Source: Nitrosopumilus sp. (GTDB lineage: Archaea; Thermoproteota; Nitrososphaeria; Nitrososphaerales; Nitrosopumilaceae). Taken from it: a stretch of 64,000 nucleotides of DNA. The stretch spans positions 960,001 to 1,024,000 of the forward strand of contig OZ242041.1 in assembly GCA_965205215.1 (NCBI GenBank), written 5' to 3'. The translations under genes and the position numbers were made by a program. Numbering within the stretch: position 1 is the first letter of the stretch; each line of letters opens with the position of its first letter. This document shows positions 1-9,915 of the stretch, piece after piece. Below the pieces are notes generated by a model. It ran no database searches, was not told the origin of the DNA, and saw only the letters and a program-made list of their open reading frames with translations.

Positions 1-86
1 CCTCCGGCCCAACCAACTTTGTTTCCTAATTCCCCCCGTGCACGCCGGCCAAGTCCATGTCGGGCGGCGGCGTGGCCGTCATGCCG

Positions 87-1280
87 TCATGCCGTCCCCC
101 CTCCCGCCTCCCGGGCAATCGACTCGTCCCTCCACCTGTTGTACAGGGCCACCTTGAGCCTCACCTCCTGCACGATGTTCTCCCACTTGAGGGCCATCAG
201 GTGCTCTCCGAACAGGCGCTTGAACGCCGAAAACACGCTCTCCGCGAGCCACCTCTGGCCGTAGCCTATCCGGGTCTTCCAGCATACCTGGTTCTCCCTC
301 TTCTCCTCCGTGCTCATCAGGTCCAGGCGCGTCGCGTCCGGGCTTCCGCCCAGCTGGTCCCTTACGGATTCGCCCCCCGCGTCGCCGGATCCCCTGCCGC
401 GCGCCGTCACGTTGATCTTGTGCAGGATGCCGGGGACCATCCGGGCCCGCGCGCACGCGGCCGCATTCTCCCTCGAGCCGTACGCGGCGTCGCCGAGCAC
501 GACGTCGGGCGCGCCGCGGGCACCGCGGGGCGCGCCGCCGCCTACGCACAACGACGCGAGAGGGGGGACGCCGGACGTGAGAAGGTTCTCGTATCCCGTG
601 ACGCTGCCGCCGCTGCCGCCGCTGCCGCTGCCGCTGCCGGCGACTCCGGGAGGAGGTGCGGCCATCGGCTCCGGGCTGCCCCCGTCCCCGTCCCCGTCCC
701 CGTCCCCGGCCCCCGCGACCTGCCCGAGCAGCGCGCCGAACATGGACGAGTCGCCCACGGAGTCGTCTGTGACCTCCAGGGCCAGTATCTTCTTGGTCTC
801 CGTGTCTATCAGAATGTGCATCTTTACAAAGCCCCGCCTCTTCTTCCACTTGGCTCTCATCCACTCGCCCCTGTTGTGCTGCTTGAGGCCGCTCGCGTCG
901 AGCGCCAGTATCCTGCGCCTCTTCCTGTCGGACACCGTCACCACGCCGCCGGAATCCCGGCTTATGTCCGCGTCAAGCCTGTTGATCCGCTTGTACAGCT
1001 GGCTGTACGCGGGGGCGTTGGACTTGCCCACCATCCTGCCGACCATCCCCTCTAGCTGCCTGTACTTGACGCCCAGTGCGGACCTGAGGCCCGCGGCCAT
1101 CATGACGAGCGTCTCCGCGTACCGGTACGGGGCGCCCACCTTGCCCTCGTTTGCGCGCATTACGTCGTCCTCCCACCCGGGGTTGTACTCTATGACGAGG
1201 TTCGCCCCGCGCCTGACGTACTTTTCGTTGTCCGTCTTCGCGGCCGCGCCGCCGCGCCGCGCCCGGCTCATGGGCGGCAC
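87..1280 (-). mobile_element. IS5-family (IS903-like) DDE transposase with a Gly/Ser/Asp-rich low-complexity insertion
   Basis: Motifs YVRRG, GAPYRY, PAYSQLYKR, LDASGLK..GEW...KMHILID, GDAAY and R..AESVFSAFKRLFG match IS903-group transposases. Terminal inverted repeats were not located. Confidence 0.85.
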
Positions 1281-1362
1281 CCCTCCCCGCTCCTGCCCTC
1301 CGCAGGGGCGGGCCGCGCGCCAAGAAAACGAGCCGGATCATGATTAAATACGGACTCTGTGA

Positions 1363-1424
1363 ACCGATGTTGACGTCTGTATAGGCACACCGATGTTGAC
1401 GTCTGTATAGGCACACCGATGTTG
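1363..1424. repeat. 26-bp tandem repeat, about 2.4 copies (ACCGATGTTGACGTCTGTATAGGCAC)
   Basis: Identical units at 1363-1388 and 1389-1414, partial unit at 1415-1424. Confidence 0.9.
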
Positions 1425-1580
1425 TATGTATCGTGTCTATCTTTCGTCACATACACTTCAAGACGTGCGTGAACGTTCCTTGTCCGTTTGATCAGGTTTT
1501 ATTGATCAAATTGGAGCCTGCGCCGCCGCAGCGGGTGCCTGCAGGCAGAATTGGGAAACAAAATTCGTACTAGTTGGAAA

Positions 1581-1937
1581 TCAGCGAGGATTGTTTCTAC
1601 GCGCTTGTTCCCTCTCCATTTCGTCATTTTTTGCCGCGACCTTTACGATAAGTTTGTTCAGTTTTTCCCAGTCGGGTTCCATCAAGTCTATTATTTCCTT
1701 GTTCTCCTGCTCCGTAGGTGCCGCATCATACGTGTCCAGAAACCGGGTAAAGATTATGCCGTCAAAATAGCCATAAAAATAATCATAATACGCCGCAAAA
1801 AGAGCCCTATGATCATCAGTGTATATTACTAAATTTTTAAAGGCCTTGTTTGCGGGCACGCCATCTATGGCACGTATACGTTCGGCTGTTTTCTCATACG
1901 CCTCACGAATAAAATCTTTTACTTGATCGTTTTCCAC
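1581..1937 (-). CDS. hypothetical protein (118 aa)
   Basis: AT-rich ORF with natural composition, directly downstream of 1946..2137. Confidence 0.6.
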   Translation of the reverse strand: MENDQVKDFIREAYEKTAERIRAIDGVPANKAFKNLVIYTDDHRALFAAYYDYFYGYFDGIIFTRFLDTYDAAPTEQENKEIIDLMEPDWEKLNKLIVKVAAKNDEMEREQARRNNPR

Positions 1938-1945
1938 CTAGCCGT

Positions 1946-2137
1946 TCACCCCGACCTGGGACGCCTAGCTTCATACGTGATTGCGCATATGCGGCGGTCT
2001 ATGAACTGCACGCACGTCACGTCCATCCCCATACTATCCAGTTCCTTACACCGTTCGTTTACCCTGTACAGCAGGCTCTTCACCGTTCCCTCTTCTATGG
2101 TTTCAGTCGTCTTGACCATAAGGTGTGACTGGATCAT
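1946..2137 (-). CDS. small hypothetical protein
   Basis: Short ORF with a TTAAAT-like box upstream, co-oriented with 1581..1937. Confidence 0.45.
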   Translation of the reverse strand: MIQSHLMVKTTETIEEGTVKSLLYRVNERCKELDSMGMDVTCVQFIDRRICAITYEARRPRSG

Positions 2138-2220
2138 ACGCTATTTAACCATACGGCATAATGTGCGATCAGGAAACACAGGCGCCCAACCAATATCGTC
2201 TTAAGGAAGGACGCCCGCCC

Positions 2221-3375
2221 ATGTCCGTGAGGATTGCAGCGTTTGACGCCAAAAGCTTTCAGCGCATCAAGAGGGAATGGAGCGCGGATGGGACGACGGA
2301 GGAAAAAACTAGGGCGTTCACCTCACAGCTCGGGATAGGAGTAACCATACCTGAACCTGAAACGTTTGCCAAGAAATATGTCGAGGCGAGCCAGGATCTG
2401 CGGGAAGAGTTTGGACTCAGATATGCAACGCCCTTCTTTTCGAGCACGTGCCTGAGGGACCACCTCGACATATTCGAGGCGGCAGACTTTGCGAGCCGGT
2501 TGGTGTCCCGGGTGCAGGATCACATAGAGTCCGTGCACTGCTCGTACGTTGCGCTGCCGACCTCGGAAATCACCGACATCGAGGTAGGCGGTGTCAAGTG
2601 CGCCAAGAGCCGGATACCCACGATCAAGTTCATCGAGAGCCTTGGCCCGACGTTTTCTTATCTTACCGCGCTGAGCTACATATGGACGCACGAGGGCTCG
2701 GACTTTGGCGATCTGGAGATGCACATAGACGCCTTCAGGTCCAGGCGCACCAAAGGCTGGAGCATCGTAAAGAAGACGGCGCCCGTCAAGGTATTCTACA
2801 AGGGAGACGAATGTAACCCGTTTATCTCGTGCGCCGACATAATCGCATTCCTGGTGGACGAGACACTCACCGCCAAAAGGCTGAAGCTGTTTCCAGACGA
2901 CATCAAGAGCGCGCTTGAACCCTACAAGTTCGGCAAGACCGTGCACTTTTTTGGCCCGCGCAACATACACCACTGCGCGTGGAAGATGGACCAGATGATC
3001 AACATATCCGACCATCTGGCAGGGCCGATCGTCTTTCTGGCCATAGACCGGCTTGCCGCGGAGAACCAAGACCAGGAGGACGACGCGCAGGACGGACAGG
3101 GCGACGACAGTCCGCAAAAGCCCGACGCGTCCCTAAGGCAGGCCGAAATCTACCAGGCCGCGCTAAGCCACGCCTACCAAAAAAGCGGATGCATGAAGCT
3201 CTTCAGTACGCGGGAAGACAAGGGGATTATCAAGTCTGGGGACGTCTTCATCCCCGCAGGCCCAAACTCTGCAAAGATCGGCAGGACGCTGCAGGACATG
3301 GCCGGCATAGAGATTCTCCCCGGCCGCGAGGCTATCAATCTAATCAAAAAAACGAGTAAACGCAGTGCGAACTAG
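2221..3375 (+). CDS. hypothetical protein, possibly a remote DUF3800/RNase H-like fold
   Basis: Long ORF with ATG at 2221 (alternative 2161). The N-terminal hydrophobic strand ending in Asp (IAAFD) and PFISCADIIA resemble the DUF3800 xxADxxA motif; the family call is weak. Confidence 0.7.
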   Translation: MSVRIAAFDAKSFQRIKREWSADGTTEEKTRAFTSQLGIGVTIPEPETFAKKYVEASQDLREEFGLRYATPFFSSTCLRDHLDIFEAADFASRLVSRVQDHIESVHCSYVALPTSEITDIEVGGVKCAKSRIPTIKFIESLGPTFSYLTALSYIWTHEGSDFGDLEMHIDAFRSRRTKGWSIVKKTAPVKVFYKGDECNPFISCADIIAFLVDETLTAKRLKLFPDDIKSALEPYKFGKTVHFFGPRNIHHCAWKMDQMINISDHLAGPIVFLAIDRLAAENQDQEDDAQDGQGDDSPQKPDASLRQAEIYQAALSHAYQKSGCMKLFSTREDKGIIKSGDVFIPAGPNSAKIGRTLQDMAGIEILPGREAINLIKKTSKRSAN

Positions 3376-3650
3376 GATACCGTCATTGCGAGGGCATCCC
3401 GCTACATTTAGTACGTGACAGTGTTATAAAACCATAACTGTTGCCGGTTCCTCACGCCAGGATTCTTCCCCTCCCGCCGCGCCTGTTCCTCGGGCATGCT
3501 AGGGCCGCTCGGGGGATGATCTGCAGCAGGGACGACGGTAGCGCGACGGCAGGAACGGGCTGCGGCGGTTACCCGCAAAGTTTCATAGAGCTCTATGATT
3601 CTTTGCGGGTAACCCGGCTGCACGCCTTGGGGGCCGCCCGCGCGCCGGTT

Positions 3651-3842
3651 CTGATTGCCCCTTGCAGCGTTGCGGGTCAGGGCGGTTCGGCCGGCGGATC
3701 TGTTCCGTACCGGGCCCTGACCATACCCGGAAAGAATCATAGATCTTGTTGATTCTTTCCGGGTACGGCCTGCATGTCGTACTGGCTGGCTGCACTACTC
3801 ATCTGCAGGCCTGCCGCATCTGCCACACGTGCATCCTTGTCG
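3651..3842. repeat. ~190-bp dispersed structured repeat, copy 1
   Basis: Near-identical to 36449-36638; contains 16-bp perfect inverted arms TACCCGGAAAGAATCA/TGATTCTTTCCGGGTA (3724-3765). Confidence 0.9.
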
Positions 3843-4106
3843 TCGTCCGGCGGGGCCATCTCCTATACGATCACCGAGACGGACAACGGATATTACAAGT
3901 ATGGATCGGAGTAGGACGACAGCATGGACTCCCGCACCTACGTGGGCGGCGGGGACGTGACATCTAGGTCAGTCAGCCGCCAATAGAAGAACTCAGGATT
4001 GCCTGCTTCCCATAGATGCTTGGGGGGTCTGCGACTGCGCACACCCAAAGGTCAACCGATGACTCTGCAGTGACTACACGGTTCTGCCCTGACGCCGTTA
4101 TCCCCC

Positions 4107-5960
4107 TCAGTTCTCCAGACGTATTCTGCGCCTGATCAGGAACCTTTCGCCTGCCAGGTCCCTTACCAAGTCCCATCCTTTTGCGGTGCACGTCAGCAGC
4201 TCGGCCTCTCCGTCGACAATCCTACTCTCAAATGGGGACGGCCCTGCATCCGGCGCCCTGCCGTCCTCTGCGGTGGCATCTGCCGTCTGCGCCCCTTCCT
4301 CTGCAGCGGACGGCCTTTGGACTGTATTCTTCAAAGATGCGGCGGATGCATCTGCATCCCCTTTGCGCGCCGCACCGCCATCTTGCGCGAGCGTTACGGC
4401 GGCGGCGGCAGCCGCAGGCAGCGGCGCCCCCGGCGCCCCGTCCAGCGCGCCACCGGAAAGCATGGCATCGGGATCCAGCCCGTACATCTTGGCCTGCTGC
4501 CTCCACATCTCGACCAGCATCTTGCGCCTGTCCTCATCCGTGTCCTGCGTGACATCGGTGGACAGGAACGACTGGCTGCGCTCGTACGAGCGCCTCATGT
4601 CCTCTGTCATCTGCTCTGTAAGCTTGCCCTTGTTGGTGGTGTACCTGGCCTCCATGTCCCCCTTGTGCCCCATGAAGAACTGCCTGTACGCGTGCGTCAT
4701 GCACCCGTGACTCTCGGCAATCAGCAGCTGGCTGTCAAAGTACGCCCTCAGCGCATAGGGCCGCACCTTGAGCACGCTCCAGATCACGGGGCGCACCGCC
4801 GTTGAGATGACGTTCGTGGTCAGAAACCTGCTTGTATTGCCGTCCAGCTTGCTCCATCCCTTGAGGCGGTACCCATAGTGCGCCGCCACGAGCGGGGAAT
4901 CAGGCTTTAGCGTCTCGCCGCGCGCCATCCGCTCCCGCAAGTACCCGAGCACGTACTTGCAGCCCTCCTCTGCCAGGAATGTAAAGTACTTTTTTCTGAT
5001 CTTGCTGAGCTGCGGCCTCACCACCACCATTGCGGGGATTCTGGAGAAGCGGGTGTCGGATCCGTCCAGTACCAGGTCCGGCAGGTCGGAGAGCGCCAGC
5101 CCGTCGCTCTTGTCTGCAAGCCCCATGACCTGCGGCCTCATCCCAGAGAAGGCCATCATGCTTATGATCGCCCTGCACCGCGGATCTGCCGCATCAAGCA
5201 TCTTTCTGAGCTGCGCCCTGTCGGGCACCATCTCGTTTTGTATGCTTGTCGGCACTTCCATGTTTGCAATCCTTATCTTGCGCCGGATGTCGATGCGGTT
5301 GTATTCAAACCAGGACTTTATTGCAGTTATTGTTCCCTTGATGTATCCCGGCGCGTATTTCTTTTCTTCCATCCACGACACGTGGTCCAGCAGTATGTTT
5401 TCTGCCATCATGGGATCATCCCTTCCATCCTCTATCAGCTGCTTTGGCGTCATTCCCACTCTCTCACAAAAAATATTGAGTCGCCTGAGTCTTATGCTGC
5501 TCGTAAGGAAGCTTGACCTGCGCATGTTGTCGTGCCACCTTCTTACGTCGGGGTCGTTTAGCAACAGTTTTGGCGGATTTTTAGTCATGCGGTTCCAACT
5601 GCGTGGCCACCGATCTGATTTAAGGGGTTTTTTCTTATCCGTATTCTTTCCTGCCGGCGGCGGGGCCTCTTCAGACTCGGGCGTGTAAGCGCCGGGTTTG
5701 GTGGACGGAGTACGCGGGAATTTGGCAGTCGATTTACGACTCGGTTTACTGTTGCACGTATTACGCTTTGATTCGGTCTTTCCAGGCTTCGTAAAACTGT
5801 TCACTTGTTCGACAAACCCCTTCGGGCCCACTCTTACATCCGGATCGGGCCCGTTGCTCCTGCTTTGGTTACTGGCTCTGCTGCTGCTTTTGCTGCTCAC
5901 GCTGCTGGTACTGCAGCACGACTTTGCCGTTTGGAAGCGTGCCTGCAAACGTCCACGCAC
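4107..5960 (-). CDS. tyrosine recombinase/integrase 1 (5' end crosses the putative att site; internal ATG at 5588)
   Basis: SGMRP (catalytic R), LSK, PYALRAYF, FMGH, RYT (catalytic Y); paralogous to 6018..7430. Confidence 0.9.
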   Translation of the reverse strand: MRGRLQARFQTAKSCCSTSSVSSKSSSRASNQSRSNGPDPDVRVGPKGFVEQVNSFTKPGKTESKRNTCNSKPSRKSTAKFPRTPSTKPGAYTPESEEAPPPAGKNTDKKKPLKSDRWPRSWNRMTKNPPKLLLNDPDVRRWHDNMRRSSFLTSSIRLRRLNIFCERVGMTPKQLIEDGRDDPMMAENILLDHVSWMEEKKYAPGYIKGTITAIKSWFEYNRIDIRRKIRIANMEVPTSIQNEMVPDRAQLRKMLDAADPRCRAIISMMAFSGMRPQVMGLADKSDGLALSDLPDLVLDGSDTRFSRIPAMVVVRPQLSKIRKKYFTFLAEEGCKYVLGYLRERMARGETLKPDSPLVAAHYGYRLKGWSKLDGNTSRFLTTNVISTAVRPVIWSVLKVRPYALRAYFDSQLLIAESHGCMTHAYRQFFMGHKGDMEARYTTNKGKLTEQMTEDMRRSYERSQSFLSTDVTQDTDEDRRKMLVEMWRQQAKMYGLDPDAMLSGGALDGAPGAPLPAAAAAAVTLAQDGGAARKGDADASAASLKNTVQRPSAAEEGAQTADATAEDGRAPDAGPSPFESRIVDGEAELLTCTAKGWDLVRDLAGERFLIRRRIRLEN

Positions 5961-6017
5961 CGGATATTATCAGGCGCTCCGCGGCATCTGACTCGACTAC
6001 CGTCTGCCTGGCGCATC

Positions 6018-7430
6018 CTACGTTGCCAGCGCCACCGCCTGACCCTGCATGTTGCCGGCGCGCCTTAGCGCCTCTAGCATCAGGTCAAGCTGCTCTGGCA
6101 CTGCGTTCTGTATCATCTCGTGCATCTCCTGCTGCTTGTGCTCTTTTGCGGCCCGCAGTTCTGCGCGAGTCGCATTGCCGTTGTCCTCCAGGTCGAGAAA
6201 CTCTTCGGACCTCGCAAACGATTCGCGCATCTCCTGCGCCAGCATCTCAGGCAGCATGCCCTTGTTCGTGGTATATCTTGCCTCCATAGACCCCTTGTGC
6301 CCCATGAAGAACACCCGGAAGTCGTGGGCGATCATGCCCTTGGACTCTGCAATCAGCAGCTGCGTGTCAAAGTACGCGCGCAGCACGTACGGCCTCCACA
6401 AAAAGCGGGGGCGGAACGTCTTGCGGATCTCCTTGCTTATGTGCGGCGTGAATATGAACGCCCTGTGCGCGCGCCTGCCCATGTTCTGCGGATGCCTGTG
6501 GTCGGGCGCAATCACGGCAGAATCTCCGTGGAGCGGCTCGCCGCATGCAAGCCTGTCGTTCAGGTACGCGAGCAGCTTGGTGGTACCAGACGCCGTCAGG
6601 AACGTAAAGTACTGGTGCCTGGTCTTTGACAGCTCGGCGCGCACCGTAATCCGGCACGGCGCCCTGATGCACTTTGCCACGCCCTGGTGTATCACCACGT
6701 CGGGCAGGTCGCGCATCCGCAATCCGTCAGAACCGTCGTGATTTCCCATAACCTCTGGCCTGACGCCTGACTTTGACATCAGCGAGATCATGGCGGCAGT
6801 CCGCAGCGGCGCCCTTGCAAATACCTCTGCAAGCTCGCCCGCGTTGGGGACGCGCTCGTTCTGCAGCGTCGGCGTCTGGTTCATGTTCCTGATCTTCACC
6901 CTGCGCCTTATCTCGACGTCAAAGTGCGACAGCCATGACTTTATGGCCTTTACGTAGCTGCTGACGTAGCTTGGCGCATACTGCTTTTCCTCCATCCACG
7001 TGATGTGGTCCTCTATCAGGTTTGTAACTGTCCTGACGTCCTTCATGCCTAGGTCTGCAACTTCCATCGGAGTCATCTCGTGCGTGCGGCAGAACATGTC
7101 AAGGCGCCTGAGCATCGTGTCTGCCGTAATGGCGGATCCCCTTGACATGTTGGCGTGCCACCTGCTGATTTCCGGATTGCTCAGCATCCGGGCCTTGTTT
7201 GACGTCTTTGCAGGTCGTCTGCAGTCGTTGTCGTCGTTTCTGTGTTTGACAGTGTTGTTGTCTGTAGTGGCTGAGTTGTGGTTTCCCATATCGGTCAGCC
7301 TCTCGGCGACTTCATCCTTGCATGCCGTATGGTCTGACTTGCTTATTTCGCTTTTGCACGCGCCCGTGCGTGGGGGTTGATCGCAGTATGTATCGAGCGT
7401 TTCACAGCACGCCTTTCTGTGCGTTTCCAT
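6018..7430 (-). CDS. tyrosine recombinase/integrase 2
   Basis: SGVRP, LSK, PYVLRAYF, FMGH and RYT catalytic motifs; N-terminal core-binding region. Confidence 0.92.
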   Translation of the reverse strand: METHRKACCETLDTYCDQPPRTGACKSEISKSDHTACKDEVAERLTDMGNHNSATTDNNTVKHRNDDNDCRRPAKTSNKARMLSNPEISRWHANMSRGSAITADTMLRRLDMFCRTHEMTPMEVADLGMKDVRTVTNLIEDHITWMEEKQYAPSYVSSYVKAIKSWLSHFDVEIRRRVKIRNMNQTPTLQNERVPNAGELAEVFARAPLRTAAMISLMSKSGVRPEVMGNHDGSDGLRMRDLPDVVIHQGVAKCIRAPCRITVRAELSKTRHQYFTFLTASGTTKLLAYLNDRLACGEPLHGDSAVIAPDHRHPQNMGRRAHRAFIFTPHISKEIRKTFRPRFLWRPYVLRAYFDTQLLIAESKGMIAHDFRVFFMGHKGSMEARYTTNKGMLPEMLAQEMRESFARSEEFLDLEDNGNATRAELRAAKEHKQQEMHEMIQNAVPEQLDLMLEALRRAGNMQGQAVALAT

Positions 7431-7523
7431 GCTATCTTATTATAATCTAGCATATATAAAGATGTCTTAATTTAAGCCAGCAAGCAAGTGTTTAAAAACG
7501 GTGTCGCATCATAAGACAGCAAC

Positions 7524-7775
7524 ATGACGCTGATAGTAAAGACCTCCAGAGGCGCCAAGTACCTGTACTTTCAGGCGGGCCCAAAGTCCCTGTACATTGC
7601 GCCAAAGGACGACCCCTCAAAGGCCAAGACGGAGAACGTGAAAAAGGCCATCGAATACACGCAGGAGAGGATCAAGCACTACAACGAATCCCTTGACGAG
7701 CTTTTGCAGTTTCTTCCGCCCAAAGAGCGCAAACCATATGCCGTACCTAGCAACCGAATTCGCAACAGTACCTAG
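7524..7775 (+). CDS. small basic protein divergent from the integrase (possible DNA-binding/directionality factor)
   Basis: 83 aa, KYLYF...SLYI beta-rich N-terminus plus a helical C-terminus; TTTAAAAA box upstream; function is inferred. Confidence 0.6.
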   Translation: MTLIVKTSRGAKYLYFQAGPKSLYIAPKDDPSKAKTENVKKAIEYTQERIKHYNESLDELLQFLPPKERKPYAVPSNRIRNST

Positions 7776-8188
7776 AGACGTGGGGTAACCGTTCAATCTC
7801 TCCCAAAATTTAGGTATAGATTTCACTATAGTCAAGAGCAAAAGTTCATGAGCAAAGATTTGCTCTAGACCGAACTGCCAAGAACTGGTGACCTGTGATA
7901 GGCTGTCAAAAGAGTGACCTAACTACTGTGTCCTAGGACTGGTAAGTTATAGTGGCCTGAAATCCTCTGAAAAGCGGGGAGCTGGAGGATCAGTACTTGT
8001 ACAATAGATCTGACTGCAATGATCGGCAGTATTATAACTGCACTCGTCCATATGATCGCAGAAAATGATTATTACTCTGGAAAAATCAAGGACGGTTGGC
8101 ACCCGTAGCTCATTCGCCCGACAGCTCCCGAATTGGAAGTGGAACCGCCAACAAATATTCTTTTATACGTGTGTGGCGTATCATATTC

Positions 8189-8305
8189 ATGTCGGAAACC
8201 AAGGGCAAGGGAAAATCCACCTCCTACCAAGGTCTGCTTAAAGGGAGTGTCGAGGCGCAAGGACCAGTGGGATCAAAACCAAAACGTCTCCCGCCAGAAA
8301 ATTGA
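8189..8305 (+). CDS. 38-aa peptide coupled to the downstream membrane protein
   Basis: ATG 8189 with TTTTATA about 27 nt upstream; stop overlaps the next start (TTGA). Confidence 0.45.
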   Translation: MSETKGKGKSTSYQGLLKGSVEAQGPVGSKPKRLPPEN

Positions 8306-8850
8306 CAGATGAGCTATACACTATATCATCGGAATACATTTTATTCATAATTTTTATGGTTCCTGGTTTTATAGCGGTAAAGCTGTTTATTTTTTTCTCA
8401 TATTATGAAAAAACAATCACCTCGTTCAATACTGCATATTATAGCCTGACCGTCGGAGCAATCTCTTATTTCAGTACTCGCTTTATTTCAGATCAATCCC
8501 AGAACGAGATCTTGGTGTTTGTAGTGACAGTGATTATCTTAGCTGTAGCTGCTAGTGGGGCAGGGTGGATAAAACGAAAACTTGTGTCAAAAGGAATGGT
8601 TAGAAACAGTGCATGGGATAACTTTGTGATGAGGGAAGTTGGCACATACATAAGAGTGAAAACTGCAGACGGCAAGATTGTTTACGGCTGGTTAAAATCT
8701 GCATCGACTGATGCCCACAAAAACCACGACATCGTGATTAATGAACCATACATATTACACGAAGGGAAGGAGAAAAAGATAGGAAAATCCATGTTCATAA
8801 ATTCATTGGCTATAGTTCACATATTGATTCTAGATTCGGATCCGATATAG
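8302..8850 (+). CDS. membrane protein, DUF6338-like
   Basis: IFMVPGFI, three hydrophobic segments, then SAWDNF..YIRVKTADGKIVYGW, as in DUF6338-type proteins. Confidence 0.7.
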   Translation: MTDELYTISSEYILFIIFMVPGFIAVKLFIFFSYYEKTITSFNTAYYSLTVGAISYFSTRFISDQSQNEILVFVVTVIILAVAASGAGWIKRKLVSKGMVRNSAWDNFVMREVGTYIRVKTADGKIVYGWLKSASTDAHKNHDIVINEPYILHEGKEKKIGKSMFINSLAIVHILILDSDPI

Positions 8851-9084
8851 TAAGCGCCTTTAATCAACTATCTGCCAGACGGTGCATGAATGCTCCGATC
8901 CAAACTTCATCCCAAGGTAGTGGATCATACTAAATAGCGGTGCGCTTGGTACGGTTTGCCAAACGATCCGGCCGGGCATACATGGAATGAAGGTTATCTA
9001 ATATGCGCTATTATGATTAATTATTTAATAGTAAATTATGAAGTACTGACTTGAACTATGACGATTCAGTAAAGTGACTTAGAA

Positions 9085-9333
9085 TCAAAAACCATCAAAC
9101 GGATCTCTACTAGATGTGAGAGAGCCGGCGACACCGACAAAAACATGACGAATACACCAATACCTAGCATTTCTGTGGTCACAGTTCTCACAATCGTAAT
9201 TCCGTTCGAGACTCTCTTCACAGCATTTCTTGACGTAAAATTCTGTGTACGCGCTATCAGGCGGATATGCCGTTATCTTCCTACCGCAATTATCACATGA
9301 GAAATCTTGGTTTGTCTTCTTTTCTGCCAACAT
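9085..9333 (-). CDS. Cys-rich zinc-binding protein
   Basis: CDNC, CC and CENC motifs. Confidence 0.65.
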   Translation of the reverse strand: MLAEKKTNQDFSCDNCGRKITAYPPDSAYTEFYVKKCCEESLERNYDCENCDHRNARYWCIRHVFVGVAGSLTSSRDPFDGF

Positions 9334-9335
9334 TC

Positions 9336-9497
9336 TTACCTCATTTGCCTTTTCTGCTTCCAGTCAATGTCTTTTCTCGGTCTGTCCCAGTAAGGGCTTT
9401 TGCATTTGGGACAGACTCTGGGATTGGATTCGTTCCTTGGAACCCATTTGTGGAAACATCGTTCGCATTGGTAACCCTCCAGCATTATCTTTGTCAT
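9336..9497 (-). CDS. 53-aa zinc-ribbon protein (not in the ORF track)
   Basis: Manual translation MTKIMLEGYQCERCFHKWVPRNESNPRVCPKCKSPYWDRPRKDIDWKQKRQMR; CxxC/CPxC pairs; AT-rich TATA-like sequence upstream. Confidence 0.7.
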   Translation of the reverse strand: MTKIMLEGYQCERCFHKWVPRNESNPRVCPKCKSPYWDRPRKDIDWKQKRQMR

Positions 9498-9542
9498 GGT
9501 TTTAGTATATTACTAGTAGTATATAACTATTTTTAACCCCGA

Positions 9543-9915
9543 CGCTGGTGCGAATTCGTGACTTGCTAGGTACGACGAGAGACCTGGAAAGCTAGTGTGA
9601 GCTGATCTTCTCTAGAAACTATCTGGGGCCGACTGCATGCGGTGCAGGGCATTAGTTGAAGCCTCCTGCTAGTCCCGCCCTGTGAAAAGCGCAGCCGCGA
9701 TCTTAAAGAGTGTACTGAGAGGACGGTGGGGAAGGGGTGCTATATGGTACTAAGGGCGCTTGTGTCGCGTGACGGTAATGCATACATAGGCACAGGTGCA
9801 ATTTTTGTTGATTGGCAACAACAGAGCCCACGTTGAACGACAGACTGGCAAGCATCTTGGACAGGCGCAGCTGCTGGAGCGCACTGCCGGAACAAACTGA
9901 CGAATTGGAGGACGG
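9543..9915. repeat. left arm of a ~370-bp imperfect inverted repeat (partner 12772-13143)
   Basis: Reverse-complement alignment; 61-bp perfect core 9651-9711 = rc(12976-13036). Confidence 0.9.

Noticed and set aside
1-1362. Terminal inverted repeats of the IS5 element
   Set aside because: No matching pair was found; one end probably lies outside the window.
1363-1424. Mini-CRISPR
   Set aside because: The repeats are contiguous, with no spacers.
5760-5830. tRNA gene at the att-like repeat (also 21473-21485)
   Set aside because: Only the last 13 nt resemble a tRNA 3' end; no intact T-loop or cloverleaf can be built at either copy.
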